DNA of 64,000 nt from Octopus sinensis (lineage: Eukaryota). The notes under the pieces were generated by a model, which saw nothing but the letters and a program-made list of their open reading frames with translations, was not told the origin of the DNA and did no database searches. The stretch is from NCBI RefSeq assembly GCF_006345805.1, contig NC_042997.1, positions 147,932,001-147,996,000 on the forward strand, read 5' to 3'. This document shows positions 1-13,379 of this stretch, one piece after another. Position 1 is the stretch's first letter; every line of letters begins with the position of its first letter. The position numbers were made by a program, and so were the translations under genes.

Positions 1-292
1 AATGTTCCTTCTTTTTAGTGTTTCCAAATCCAAATTAAGAAATTTGAGCTGACGAAAGAAATGCTGATTTATTTGGCTAATCTTGAAACGTTGACGTACT
101 AAACGATCTATGTACTTGTGATATGTTTCTGTATTTACCTCCAAACCTTCGTGAGCTGTCTGGAGTAAACATTATCTGAGAGAAATTTTCTTTAAGTAGT
201 AGAATGCTAAGAAAATTTTTTTGGCTGCTATTTCTACTAAGTTCAGTATGTGGCAAAGTAATTTATTTTACTAAGCCCTAATTATATAATGT
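1..292 (+). mobile_element. 3' end of a hammerhead-bearing (Penelope-like) repeat, ending in (TA)n
   Basis: Contains the HHR. Positions 99-290 align colinearly with the palindrome arm 32844-33043. Ends in a TA microsatellite. Confidence 0.6.
43..104 (+). ncRNA. Type I hammerhead ribozyme motif
   Basis: CTGACGA 49-55; stem II AAGA 56-59 / TCTT 81-84; GAAA 85-88; stem III A-CGT-tg-ACG-T; GTA triplet 96-98; imperfect stem I tttgag / ctaaa. Confidence 0.75.
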
Positions 293-295
293 AAT

Positions 296-351
<56 letters not shown>

Positions 352-466
352 AGCAAGAAAATTGTAAAAATGCAGAATGCTCAAATGAAAGAAAATTTTA
401 TTGAAATGAGAAATTGATAAAATATATAAATATATATTTATTTATTCAAACCGGTCCACCATTTAT

Positions 467-550
<84 letters not shown>

Positions 551-929
551 ATATAGATATACCTGCTGCTTGGACGTTTTTTTTAATTTTGTCTCTCCCC
601 CCACAGATACATATATAGTATTTTTGAACTATTCTGCGCATTTTCTGTGTAGGTTATTTAATACGATTATTTTTTACACAATGCTATAGAAGGAAATCCC
701 TGCTCAGGATTTCACGAGGGGTAATCGAACCTGGAAGCACATGTAAACAATGCGACATGCCCTTAGTTGTATAGGCAGCCATTTCCACCAGTTATGTTAA
801 AACAAACGTTTCTCAGGCTGTGAAAGACCCTGGTAACATAGTAAAACAGCAAAATGACTTGCATGCAATATACAAATGAACCACACACATTGACAAGAGC
901 TTATATAAACTTCTCCCTTTCGAAACCCA

Positions 930-1250
930 TCTTTCTCATATAACTGTAGAACTAGAAATATAGTCTACAGCATAAGTTGCATAGAGTGTGCTTGTAAAGA
1001 CAAGAACATGATATATATAGGTGAGACATCTAGAAGCATTGCAGAGAGACGAGATGACCATTTGAAACAATAAGACGACAAAAAAAAAACAGTCCTCCAT
1101 ACTCTTCCAACATGCCGATGACCAACATGGAGGCACCCTGGATAAACTTGACATCCGCATTTTATCCAAGCACCCGAAAGATCCAACACTCAGACAAATT
1201 CAGGAGTACCTCCTCATAAATGAAACATCCCTAAATAGGAAATATACGTA
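930..1250 (+). pseudogene. Penelope-like GIY-YIG endonuclease fragment
   Basis: Hand translation NCRTRNIVYSISCIECACKDKNMIYIGETSRSIAERRDDHLKQ* shows the VY..C..C...YIGET.R..ER..H pattern. Interrupted by a stop codon. Confidence 0.8.
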
Positions 1251-1330
1251 GAAGGTAGTCATAACCCAATACCCACAATTTACATATACACAGGTAGAGT
1301 TGTTAGTAGGCTGTTATGTAGACGTGTATA

Positions 1331-1384
<54 letters not shown>

Positions 1385-1467
1385 TGAAATTTACAGAAAT
1401 CAAAAGACGAAGATGGGTGTGTAAACAACAAACAGATGTATTAGTTTAACGCTCGGGAAGTGACAAA

Positions 1468-1506
1468 GACTTTTACGTTTCGAGCCTGCGCTCTTCGACA
1501 GAAAGG
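1468..1506 (-). ncRNA. Hammerhead-like motif, variant core, in the PLE tail
   Basis: CTGTCGAA-GAGC-GCAG-GCTC-GAAA-CGTAA on the minus strand. Confidence 0.5.
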
Positions 1507-2109
1507 AACACAGAAATAAACAGGGAGAGAAAATACAAAAAAGGCTTAGTGGCTAGCGATCTATCATGGCGAATGCCGGACAGAGAGGTCACACATGAGA
1601 GCTGAGAAGAAGGGGAGATAATAAAGTAGTGGTGATGCCAAAACGAAGGTGCGCGTGAGTGTGCATGTGAGAGTGTGTATGTGTGTGTGGGAGGAGGCAG
1701 GTGACATTGACGCATGCATGTGTGCATGTGTTAGTGTGTGGAAAATGGTGTAGGTGCTGGGAAGTGGTCAGTGCTAATGTGTGCGGAGTGGTGTGATGTG
1801 GTGTGGTATGGTGGTATGTGGTATGTGGTGGTGTGTGGTGTGGTGCTGTTGGGGGTGTGGGGGAGACGAGAGTGGTGGAAGCAAGCGTGGGGTCTAAGGG
1901 ATGGGGGTGGGATGGGAAGTATAGGGATGGTGGGGTTGAAATGTGTAGGTTGGGGTAACGAGGGATGGGAAAATGAAGCGAGAGGGTGGAAGGCAGAAGG
2001 TGGGTAGGACTGAAAAGAGGAAGTAAGTGCCAGAGCAAGAGAGGAGAGGTGGTGGGAAGAAGTAGGTGTGAAAGGAAGAGATGAGGACGGTTAGATGAAG
2101 AGGGGAGGC

Positions 2110-2420
2110 GAGTTGAGCCCATTGGCGCAAACGAGCGAAGAGAGAAGATTAATCACTGCTCACGGCAAACACGGGAGTCCGGTTGCCCCCTGTGCAAGGA
2201 CAACCCGAACACAGACAAGTGTTGTAAAGAGCGACCGGTAGAGAGGAAATGACGTGAGAGCGGGGTATCGTTGTCGAGTTTGATGTCTCGGATTTGTTCG
2301 CGAACCGGTCAGCCAAACGGCGTCCCGTTTGACCGATGTATAGAGGACAGGAAGAGCAGGAGATGCAGTAGACGACGTTGCTAGAAGTGCAGGTGAATGG
2401 TGGATGATGTGTGCCTGTGA
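2110..2420 (-). pseudogene. PLE GIY-YIG endonuclease fragment (frameshifted)
   Basis: VVYCISCSSCPLYIGQTGRRLADRF. Confidence 0.88.
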
Positions 2421-2964
2421 GGAGGGCAGATGATGAGTGCTTGTGAGGAGCGTGGAAGATGGGTGCCTGTTGGAGAGGTAAGGGCAGCAGCGTGGGTGGG
2501 AGCAAGGGAACGAGCCGGGTTAGGAGGTAGTGCTAGGAAATAAGCTGTGGACCTAGAGGTCTCGTAGGTTGTGGACTCGTTTGAAGGAGGGGAGGGGTCG
2601 GTTAGAGAAGATGTGCGAAGTGGAGCAGTCGCATTGGAGTCTCGCAGGAAGGCTCGGAGAATGGTGCGTTGAAGAGGTAAGTTGGTAGGGTGGTAGGTGA
2701 GGGGAAACGGGAGACGGGTGACGGCGGGGCGGGTGCGGGGAGAGAGAGAGAAAATGCACGGTCCACTGAAGTGCTCTGGTAAGGATGGTGGGGATAGTGG
2801 TGAGGGGATATCCATGACAGATGAAGTGGTGAGCCATGAGCTGAGAGTGAGTCTCAGTCATGGTTGTCACTGCAGAGCCTGCGTAGTCGGAGGAATTAGG
2901 AGTAGGGAATGGAGAGGTTGGTGTGTTTAGGGTGGGAAGAGGAGGAGTTGAGTTATGAGTATTT

Positions 2965-3336
2965 TTAGTGGATGGAGGTGGTGAGAGTGGAGGGATGAAT
3001 GCTGACCGAATTGTCAAGAAAGGCGATTGAGGTGTCGGAAATAGTGAAGGAAAAGTTAAATGCAGGATGGAAAAAATTGACAAAAGAGAAGAAAGAGTCT
3101 AGATGTTCACGAGAGAGTGAGGTCGCACTGATACAGTCATCAATATAACGACCGTATATTTCAGGAGTGGAACTTGTGAAACTTGAGAATATTTGGGCCT
3201 CAACGTAGCCAACGAAATGGTCCGCATAGTTGGGACCCATTCTCGTTACCATGGCCCCTCCCAAGACATGCCGGTAAAAATCACCAGCGAACGAGATGCG
3301 GTTCAGTGAGAGGACAAGTTCGCACCACAGCACCAC
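2965..3336 (-). pseudogene. PLE reverse transcriptase fragment
   Basis: ORF-track protein with MGPNYA, RYIDDC and FLD motifs. Confidence 0.9.
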
Positions 3337-3778
3337 GACTGCTCCCTTGTCGGCCGGTTTTATAATGATGTCCGTGTGGCGCGGAGATATCGAATGGCTG
3401 AGAGTTCGTCTGGGAAGATACTCAGATGTCGGGGCCGCATGGAAAATTCAAACCGATCCACAGCACGCTGGCAGGCGCCCGCAAAAAGATCGACTGTTTG
3501 GAACTGGCCAGGAGCTGGCGTCCATTAGGATGGTCGGCGGCCCAGGTCGGGGAAGCAGTCCTCCTTATTAGATGCAGGGGGAGTGTCGCAAAATAGTGCA
3601 CACAACCTAACGCGGCGCACGAAGCTGTGCATATCGGCACTAGTTGAAAATTCGTTGCTGGTTGGCGTGAGGGGGATGAAGCGCAGACCCCTACAGTGGA
3701 GGGAGCGCTCCGCCATCTATATACATAAATATATGTGTGTGTAGGTAAATGCCTATGTACGTAAACAGACAGATAAAC

Positions 3779-3811
<33 letters not shown>

Positions 3812-4004
3812 TGCAAACACACAAACAGGAATATGCAGAATGCATACGTAGAAACGTACACACATGTATGCATATATATGTATACACATACATGCATACG
3901 CACATAGATAATATATGCATGCATACATACAAGTGTGAAAACACATGTACACTGACACACACACTCACACATGCGCACAAACAAACAAAGAAAAAGACCA
4001 GCGT

Positions 4005-4150
4005 CAACAGCCATTGAAAGGTTGCAAGACGCAATGAAAATTTTAGAAAAAATAAATAGGTAAACGAGTGGAAATCGAACCGGTGAATGTGTTACATAAT
4101 AAGGCACTAAAAGAGAATGACTCTCTCTCCAGACACAATAGTATACTACA
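4005..4150 (+). repeat. PLE-tail-like repeat with a degenerate hammerhead-like fold
   Basis: ttgaaag-GTTGC-aagac-GCAAT-GAAA-attt-TA, followed by an AT-rich tail ending in a microsatellite. Confidence 0.35.
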
Positions 4151-5164
4151 TACATATATATATTCATACATATATATATATATATATATATATTCATGAA
4201 ATACAATGGTTCTCTGAAATGTGGAAATGTTCTCTATTTGAAATCTAAAAGGAAGATTTCTCCTCTCTTTCTCACACAAATACATGAGCGAGCACACATA
4301 CTCCGGAACATGCACACACACACACATATGTACTTAACCAACTTTGTATGTGTGTGTTTGTATTATATATATATAGGGAAATGTCTGAAAACTTATATAT
4401 ATATATGCATATATAAACTTATATATTCTTATGTATAAGCATATATGTATCTGAATATGCATATATAAATAAGCACGCATACATGTATGTATATATATAT
4501 CTATATATGCACATACACACAGACATGTATGTATACGTATATTCCTATAACTAATTCCTGTACACATATATGCACGCTATCGTATTTAGAATTCAAAATG
4601 TATGGCGTCCACTTGCTTTACTTTGCTACTTACTGTCTAGTTTGATTAATTACTTGAAAGTAATATGTATTTCTTTTCAACCATTCATTCTATCTTTAGC
4701 AATTAATCAGCGCACAACAGTTTCTGTTACCTGATTACTTATGGAAATTTGTCCAGATAATCCAGCAAAGATTACCAGTATCATTACGCATAAATATTCT
4801 CAAAAATGTTATCCGCAAATACACACAGCTGAATTTTACATGTTATATCGAGATATAATCTAATGCTAGATGGGTTCTATTTTTTGCATTTCTGTTCGAT
4901 GATTATTCTATAAGACATGTCTTTGCTATCGGAATTACTAACAGTCGCTATCTAAATTATGGTATCCCAATCCACATATTTATTCTTTGCAAATTCATTA
5001 AAAATTACAATATTGCATATCTGTGCATTTGATGCATAACCTCAAGTTTTCGTGAATTAATAGTTTAGAAGTATTGTAATATATAATACTGTGTTGAGCA
5101 AAAAGTTTTGCAATATTATCATTATTTTCAGTAACTTATTTACTTTGTTCGTCAAGTTAGAAGA

Positions 5165-5750
5165 AACGATGCCTCACATTGGGATGCAAAGGCCATCGTG
5201 TTGGACCATCTGAAGACACCTTTCTGCCAGTTCTTTGAACCCATCCTGTTACCAGCTATTGTCGTTCGAGGTGAAGCACTCCTTCCTGAAGAGTTACAAA
5301 CGTTGAAAGTGAAGAATGGAATGGAGCAGGTAATAACCCAAGAGAGAGATTTTTCCCTAATTCTAATGTGCACACGCAGTGGTTAAGCAAGAGTAAGCTT
5401 TCAGAAGCTGTCACAAAACACAAGGTGATGCTATTCTTTCATTTGAATTATGAGGAGATAATTCACTACGAGTTTGTTCCAGGTAGTCGAACCATCGATG
5501 CTAAACGGTACTTAAAAACTGGAACGGATCTGTGCCATCGTGCGGCAAAAATACCTAGCATTGGTTAACAGAAAGCAAGCTCTTCTGCAGCAACACAACG
5601 GAGGACTTCAGACCGCTCGATCGAAACGGAATAAACGCTAGGAACATGAAAGAATCGAACTGAACACCCAGCACATAGTCCAGACCTAGCTCCCTCAGAT
5701 TATTACTTGCTCCGTTCCATGGCTTGATTAATTGTAACATGGAAACGCTG
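5165..5750. mobile_element. Mariner transposase fragments (N-terminal piece on minus, catalytic piece on plus)
   Basis: Plus strand: KVMLFFHLNYEEIIHYEFVPGSRTIDAKRY ... HSPDLAPSDYYLLRSM. Minus strand: SGRSASPRTT-like HTH region. Confidence 0.75.
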
Positions 5751-6529
5751 CACTTATGACCTTATATTATCTAAAATTGGTATTATTCACATCTAGGCGG
5801 TGCTGCAGCATGGCCGCAGTCAAATGACGTAAACAAGTAAAAGATATCCTGGCTTCGACTTATATCAAGAAAATATATAGAATACTCTTTATTCGAAGGA
5901 ATAAACATAATTTAATAAATCTATATTCGTGTTAATTGGTTGATGGAATGATATAAATCCTGAATTCAGCACTAAACATCTAGGAAGAGCTTATGTGGTA
6001 TCTTCAGCTGACACATTACCCGAAAATTACACCCTAATAAAGACATATTGATAATTTAGTCAAGGTTCGAGATGAAATATTATGTGACACAACATGGCCA
6101 TCACCTGACACAGGATATAATGAGAGCGGTTTCGATTGAATATTTAAAGTAATTTCTCTTCTCGTACTTTCTTTGAAAAGTTATGAATTTCATATATGTT
6201 TATGAACTACAAAGTTTAAGTGTAAGTGCCTTTTAGCAAGTTTACATAAAGGAGTGTTCTATGAGGCCGTTATATATTCAAATTCCGTTAATATTCATAC
6301 ACTAACTATAATATAATATGCTTTGTGAAGTGCGAACGTTTTTAATCAGAATTTGTAGACTGGTATGGAAAATATTATGCGGTATTTATCTTAGACACTT
6401 CATGTTCTGTGTTCAAATTTCATTGATGTTGACTTTGCCGCTTATCTTTCCGAGTTTCAAGAAAATATAATCGTAGAATTGAATTGATCAGTTATACCCG
6501 TCCATACAAATTATATGGCTGTGTGTCTA

Positions 6530-6916
6530 TTCTTTGACTGCGGTCATGCTGGAGTGCCGCTCTTAGTCGAACAAATCGACTCCAGGACTTATTCTATGTA
6601 AACATATTACTTATTCTCTCGGTGTCTTTTGCTGAACCGCTACGTTACGGGGTCGTAAACACACTAGCATCGGCTGTCAAGCGATAGTGGGGGGGGGGGA
6701 ACACAGACACACACATACGCACACACACATATGTATATATTTATATACGACAGGCTTCTTTCAGTTTCCGTCTACTAGATCCACTCACAAGGCTTCGGTC
6801 GATCGACCCAAAGTTATAGTAGAAGATACTTCTCAAGGTGCCACGCAGTGGGTGTGAATCCGGAACCGTGTGGTTGGTAAGCAAGCTACTTACCACACAG
6901 CCACTCCTGCACCTAT
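6530..6916 (-). mobile_element. tRNA-derived SINE family A (octopus OK/OR-like)
   Basis: Head taggtgcaggagtggctgtgtggtaag..ggttccggattcacaccc, central microsatellite and shared 3' body; many copies in the window. Confidence 0.85.
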
Positions 6917-8212
6917 GATGGAAAACGATTTTTTTTTTTTAAATACCAGAAGCATTTTTACCACCGTTTGTTCTTACATCCCGGTGTTTTTTTCTAATTA
7001 ACATGTTTGCCAGCATTCTTTGAATAATGACACTTTCAAACATATTTTAGCAACTAACATAAACATTAAACATCATTTATACAGTTTTACTTCATGTCAC
7101 TTTATTGAATATTCCATTGACATATCCAGGAAAGAAATTGCAAAACGAAAGTTTTGAAAACCTTCGCAAAACCACCCAAACCTAATCCAACGAATATTAC
7201 CTTAAAGTATATTACTTTTAGATATGAAGAATATTACTCTTCAACAGAGTTATAGTAGAAAGGTATAATTTTTTTCTTCTTGCAAATATAATGTTTAATT
7301 GCAAGCCGTATTCGATTTTAATCATATATCGCAATAGTTAAACGCTTAAGATTAAACAGTTATAACAAAAATCAAACGGTTATCGTTGTTCGGTAAAAAG
7401 ATGTAACAGAATATAAAGTGCTAAATATTAAAATTTTACTCCAGCGGTCCTCTGCTTCATTGCACATTTGGGAGAGTAAAACCAGAGCAAATGGTTAGAT
7501 TTTCTTTTCCGAGATCAATATAATTTCAAAGCAACTTATTCGCATTAGTATGACGAAGTAAACTTCAAATTGACCTTAGATCATTTCAATGTACATGTGT
7601 ATGTATGTGTGTGCGTGCGTGCGTGCATATATGTATGTGTGGAATGGGTGGGGCTAAGAAGTTTCGTTAGCCTCAAAGTCACTTCAGTTCATATTCAATG
7701 CCTGATATCTTGTTGAAGTACCTTTATCATGTTCTCCATGCAACCCAAGCTCTTAGAGTGAAATTGGAAAGACGAAAACTACGCAGAAGCCAGTGAATGA
7801 AATTTGCCTGTAATTTAGACAATTAAACTTGACCTAATGTGTGACATGTTCATTCTGCCAGAGGATTATATTAAAGGTATACGTATTTGTACAGTATTCA
7901 ATACCTTACATGCTATTTGAATGAATAGGTAATTCCGTACATGACACCGACAGATATACATTTGGTTTACATAAAGTAGTTTCTTTGGGGGTCTTTTAAT
8001 ATATATATTTCAGATTCGTTCTAGAATGTTTTGGCTTTATCCTGGACTAATTGTTAATAACAAACTTTGCCGCATCGACATAATGCTCACTGACTTAGTA
8101 TACTCTTAAGTTAGCTTTGGTTTTCCATGATATTTAATTGAATATAATTGCTTAATGATCCTACAGATAAAAATAAATGCGCCAAGCATATTATCTTAAT
8201 ATGCTTTGTACG

Positions 8213-8600
8213 GAAGGCGGCGAGCTGGCAGAAACGTTAGCACACTGGGCGAAATGCGTAACCGTATTTCGTCTGCCGTTACATTCTGAGTTCAAATTCC
8301 GCCGAAGTCGACTTTGCTTTTCATCCTTTCGGGATCGATTAAATAAGTACCAGTTACGCATTGGGGTCGATGTAATCGACTTAATCCTTTGTCTGTCTTT
8401 GTTTGTCCCCTCTGTGTTTACCCCTTGTGGGTAATAAAGAAATAGGTATTTCGTCTAGCGTTACCTTATGACTTCAAATTTTGTCGAAGTCGACTTTGCC
8501 TCTCGAGGTCGATAAATTAATTACCTGTTGCGTACTAGGGTCGATTTAATCGACTGGCCTCTTCCCCCAAAATGTCGGGCCTTGTGCCTAGGAATATTTC
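8213..8600 (+). mobile_element. SINE family B (Nin/Deu-type core), full copy plus tandem partial copy
   Basis: ggcggcgagctggcagaaacgttagc..gagttcaaattccgccgaagtcgactttgcttttcatcctttcggg..gataaa..agtacc core. Confidence 0.85.
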
Positions 8601-9859
8601 ATATCACTCGTGTTTTAACTAATCTCTTTTATAGATTTTGTCAACAATGGTAAAAACAAGTTTCTAGTTCCAATGCATCCAATTTTTTTTAATGTCTGTC
8701 TGTCTCCTACTACTTCAACAAAGACCACGGAGTTGAAAATAAGCTTTTGCATCATTAACTTGACACTTTTATTCCTAGTATATAGTTTAAAGTGCGTTAT
8801 AAAACTGATTTCGACATTTAACTTCCATGAGAAAAAGAAAAATGAAGATACATATCACTTGATTAATTTCCAAACTAGAAGCACATTTTTCAAAATACCA
8901 TATGTCAGTATGACTTTTAAAATATATAGTGAAATACAAGTTACACACAACCAAATCCCTTTGTAACTATGTAGCACGTCTCTAGACACAGTCTTCATTT
9001 TTAGATGATCATTTTGTATTCTTGTGAAGTTGTTTTATGGCAAAAATATATAATAATATGAATCAGAAAAATGAATATACGAACATAAAGAATAGATTAA
9101 AAATGCAATAGATATGAAGCTATAAGATCAATAAAATGATAAATGTGAAAAGATATCTAAAACTTTTTGAAATGATATTCTGTTTGTGTTAGAATACGAA
9201 GAAAATAATTATTTCTTGAATATGTATTATATGTGTAATCCACAGAGAGTTAATAGAATCGAACTGAATAACAAGTTCGTTCGTTAAAACGGCGTCACAT
9301 TTCTAAATACTATAAAACTAAAAACAAATGCAATATTTTTTTGCTATAATCTAACAATAAATATATTGCATATATATTTCTATTTGATGCAGTATTTGGT
9401 AATAATTAGATTTCTGTCGAACGTCGAACAGGGTAGATAGTATCTGTGTAGGAGTAGTAAAGCTTATGAAAATAGTTGAGATAATATCAGAAATACATAA
9501 AATACATGGGATGAAACAATTATGAATAAATGCAGGACAAACGTTTTAAGTTTGTTTTGACTCGTTGTAAAGATAATCTATATTACACTAAATACACCAA
9601 CAAAAATTATTACTCTATAGTTTCTTCATCATTCATTCGAAAGTTAAATCATTTCAAGACATTGATATGGGAAAAACACAAATATTCAAACCTCTGTTGA
9701 TATGGCAGGTCTTGTGCAGTTCTCTCCGTGATACCTACTACGTGAAAGGATGTCAAGTTTGTAAGTGGCCGGGTATTGCACAGATACTTGTAGACTTAAC
9801 CCAATTCTCTTGTTAAATCAACGTATTAGAATGTGAAAATGCTGTAGATTTGAATTACA

Positions 9860-10055
9860 TTTAAACAACAGGTATAGCTCAGAGACAAAGAATAATTCAC
9901 TGCAGTATTGGTTGGGTACTTTATTCATGGAACCTGAAAAAAAGAAAAGTTAAGTTCAACTCGGTGGGATTGCGCTCTGAGTATAAGTAAACGAAAGAAC
10001 TACTGCAAGGCATTCTCCCAAAGGCTGTAAACATTCTTCCAATTCTCTGCCTTAA
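9860..10055 (-). mobile_element. SINE family B, degenerate
   Basis: Reverse-complement similarity to the 8213 copy. Confidence 0.55.
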
Positions 10056-10101
10056 CTGTAATGTACACACTACATAAAAGAACAAATTCAAGGACAGAAA
10101 A

Positions 10102-10218
<117 letters not shown>

Positions 10219-11371
10219 GAAAGAATTACACAATGCTTTGCGATACGATGGTGGATCTAACTGAATAGGCAAATGAAAGGCAGGGATATTTAGCCGGTAT
10301 TTACTCAGATATAAAACTAATCTAAATGCCGATTGGAATGTTGCATAATTACAAGGTGCAATTATATGTGCCTCATTCAAATAATCACAAATCATTTGAA
10401 CAATTTCAGGATATAATTGTATTTCTATGTTCTCCTCTATTTTTATGATTTCATTGTTTATTGTTTTCTTTCACGTTTACTGCTTGGAAACACTTAACGA
10501 CCTACGTCAATGTTGGTGATGGTGGATGCAAGATGGATTCATATTTTCCGTTTAATATATTGGTACATTTTAATGGCTTCAACTTTTGTGAAATTAGGAG
10601 TGAAATAGAGAAGTAAAAATATTACACAGAATAAATCAACTGCAAGAAACCATAATGGAGTAATAAACAAAAGCATATGGAAAAATGGAATGAATAAAAC
10701 CTTTATACTAGTGTGTCGACCTCGCAAAGGATAATTAACACTTCGTTTAATTAATGCCTGAAGCGAGAACAGAAAACAATATGAAATGTTTAAACAATGG
10801 ACGTGAATATAACAGTAAATTGAATGTATGAGCAATGTTCACGCTGGAAAATAGTAATAAAAGTAATGAGTGAATGAAATAGGAATGAGAATGTACTTTA
10901 CAGGTCAAATGAAATCGTAGGTTACATCTTTGTTTTTCAAGAGGCTTTACGCACGATAGAGGAGTTTCAGTAAGAAGTGAAATTCATTTCAGTTTGTGTA
11001 GCATTCCACATATTAAGCATGTATAATAATGAGGCTTAGGAATCCATATTGTAATATTAATTTCAAGAGAGATAGAAGGGAAGATTGACACATTTTCGTG
11101 TTTCTGCAAATGTATTAGCTCCAGAGTTTAATCGGATAATCTCAATCCCGTGTAATAAGTTGAGCCATCAGCTAAATCTTAGCATCATTTGCGATTGCAA
11201 TTAAAAATGTTACTTCAGTTGGTAGAATGATTAATTATAATTCAAATGATTTGATACTATAACTGGCGATATATTTCTAATAAATAAATCTTGTGCAATT
11301 ACAGATTTCGTTTAAGATTCTAATGTTGACACACGAATAATATTTACGTTTCATTATTTGTGAATATATAT

Positions 11372-11795
11372 AAGGCTGGCTGGTTGAAACGATAGCACGT
11401 CGGGAAAAATGCTTAGCGACATTTCATCCGCCTTTCCGTTCTGAGTTCAAATTCCACCGAAGTCGACCTTGAGTTTCAGCCTTTCGGAGTCAATAAAATA
11501 AGCATCAGTCGAGCACTGGGGTTGATGTAATCGACTAGTTCCCTCCCTCGAAATTTCAGGGAATATTAATGAATATATTAAGGCGGCGAGTCGGCAGAAT
11601 AGCTAGCACGCCGGGGAAGATGCTTTGCGGAACTTCGAACTCCTTTACGTTCTGACATCAAGTTCCGCCGAATTGACTTTGACTTTCATCCTTTCGGGTC
11701 GATAAATTGAGTACCAGTAAAGTACTGGGGTCGATGTGATTGACTCGCCCCATCGATCAAATTCCGGGCGTTGTACACATAGTAGAAAGGCTTAT
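11372..11795 (+). mobile_element. Two adjacent SINE family B copies (11372-11550, 11580-11795)
   Basis: Same head and core as the 8213 copy. Confidence 0.8.
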
Positions 11796-12149
11796 TCGTG
11801 AATATATTTTAGTGTAAATGTGTGTGTAATGTTCTTTAACAATATTCTTTTAGCGAACCGCAAGTGAATTAGATTTTATCTGAAGTGTCTGAAAAGTTCC
11901 ATGAGAAATATTTCGCTCCAGGTAATAATGGTAATTTAGACTTACCAATATACTCTCAGTCCATTAAATATTAGGTCTATTTCCCCTTTGTCATTTATTG
12001 TATTAGATATACGCATTTTTCTTAAAAGGGAAATTGTTGAGTCAGCTCAAACGCCCCTCATAATCGCAAATACAAGTTAAATATCCTTCTAACCACCTGT
12101 TATTGGAGACAAACAGTGATATATTAGGCAATGCAGTAGATGATAGACA

Positions 12150-12420
12150 AAAATGAGATGATCACTCATATCACTAGACCTCTTTGCACCATAACATAGT
12201 CCAGAATGCAACACTGGCAAATGTGCTCTCTCAACGCCGTTACAAATCGTCATTGGTAGGTTGTCTTCTCCTACAATGTGCATCATACAGTTTGGGTCAG
12301 AGAGCTGGGCTTCGTTGTGACCGCTGCCGTAACTTAGGTCCCTTTGACGATAGAAATTCAATACCGTCCGCATAGCATATACAGACTCTGTCGAGATTTT
12401 CTAGTCACGCTTCATTATTT
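12150..12420 (+). pseudogene. RTE-like LINE RT C-terminal fragment
   Basis: Broken translation with FGSESWA and FDDR resembles the LLYGSESW..FD.R motif. Confidence 0.5.
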
Positions 12421-13150
12421 ATTATCATACACATTCCATGAACGTTGTTGTAACTTTTTAAGAACAGTAATTAAAGAATTCACAATTGAAATGGTTTTTT
12501 TCATAATCGAAGTAGACTGATAGTTTGAAGTATACTTGTAATAGTATAAAAAATATATATTTATGCAAGTGATTGCATTATAACCAGTTATTGATAAAAT
12601 TAATGTGTCTATAGTATTTATATAAACATAGATATATGCTCAATTACATTTATATATATATACATTTATAATGTATACATAACACACACATGGAGATATG
12701 TAAGCATTAGTGTACATGGGTGTGTAATTCTGTCCCTGCTTGAAATGTCCTTGTTTTATTGTTCGTTTTTATGTGATTTTATGAAACTGTAGCCGTTATC
12801 TTTAGCAGTTTGTGAGATCATGTAGACGCCCCACTATTTATGTACAAATAAATATTATTTAGTGCTTATAATAATGGATTTAGCTCCTTTCTAAAACGTA
12901 TCATAGTTTGTACTTATATACTCCCCGAAAATTATAGTTTAGTTGATTACTGAATTGTAAACCAGATTTTTTTATTGTATTCTAGGTCACTCTTTTTATT
13001 TTATATAATCATTGTACTAGAATATGAAAAATGAATTTCATTATTTATGATTCTTAAGGATATAGTATAGGGTGTGCCATTGCATTTAAACATAATCTAT
13101 AGAACTCCATTATTATTACTCTCAAAAATATTTTGGAAAATGCACATGTA

Positions 13151-13247
13151 GGCACAGGAGTGGCTATGTGAAAGTGTCTTTTACTACTCGGACTGACCAA
13201 AGCCTTGTGAGTGGATTTATTAGACGAAAAACTGAAAGAAGCCCGCC

Positions 13248-13322
<75 letters not shown>

Positions 13323-13345
13323 TCTGTGTGTGTCTGTATGTATGC

Positions 13346-13379
<34 letters not shown>

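Larger units (their letters stand above)
1383..3716 (-). mobile_element. Penelope-like retroelement, decayed and internally deleted
   Basis: N-terminal RGLRFIP..RRVRL; KPADKG; RT motifs (GGAMVTRMGPNYA, YGRYIDDC, AFLD); GIY-YIG (SSNVVYCISCSSCPLYIGQTGRRLADRF); C-terminal IFSLRSFAP-NGLN; pyrimidine-rich 3' UTR; HHR-like tail ending at (TA)n. Confidence 0.92.

Noticed and set aside
1850-1990. G-quadruplex-like G runs
   Set aside because: Antisense of the ordinary pyrimidine-rich PLE 3' UTR; no independent evidence of function.
12089-12373. 94-aa minus-strand ORF as a novel gene
   Set aside because: The opposite strand better matches a decayed RTE RT fragment.
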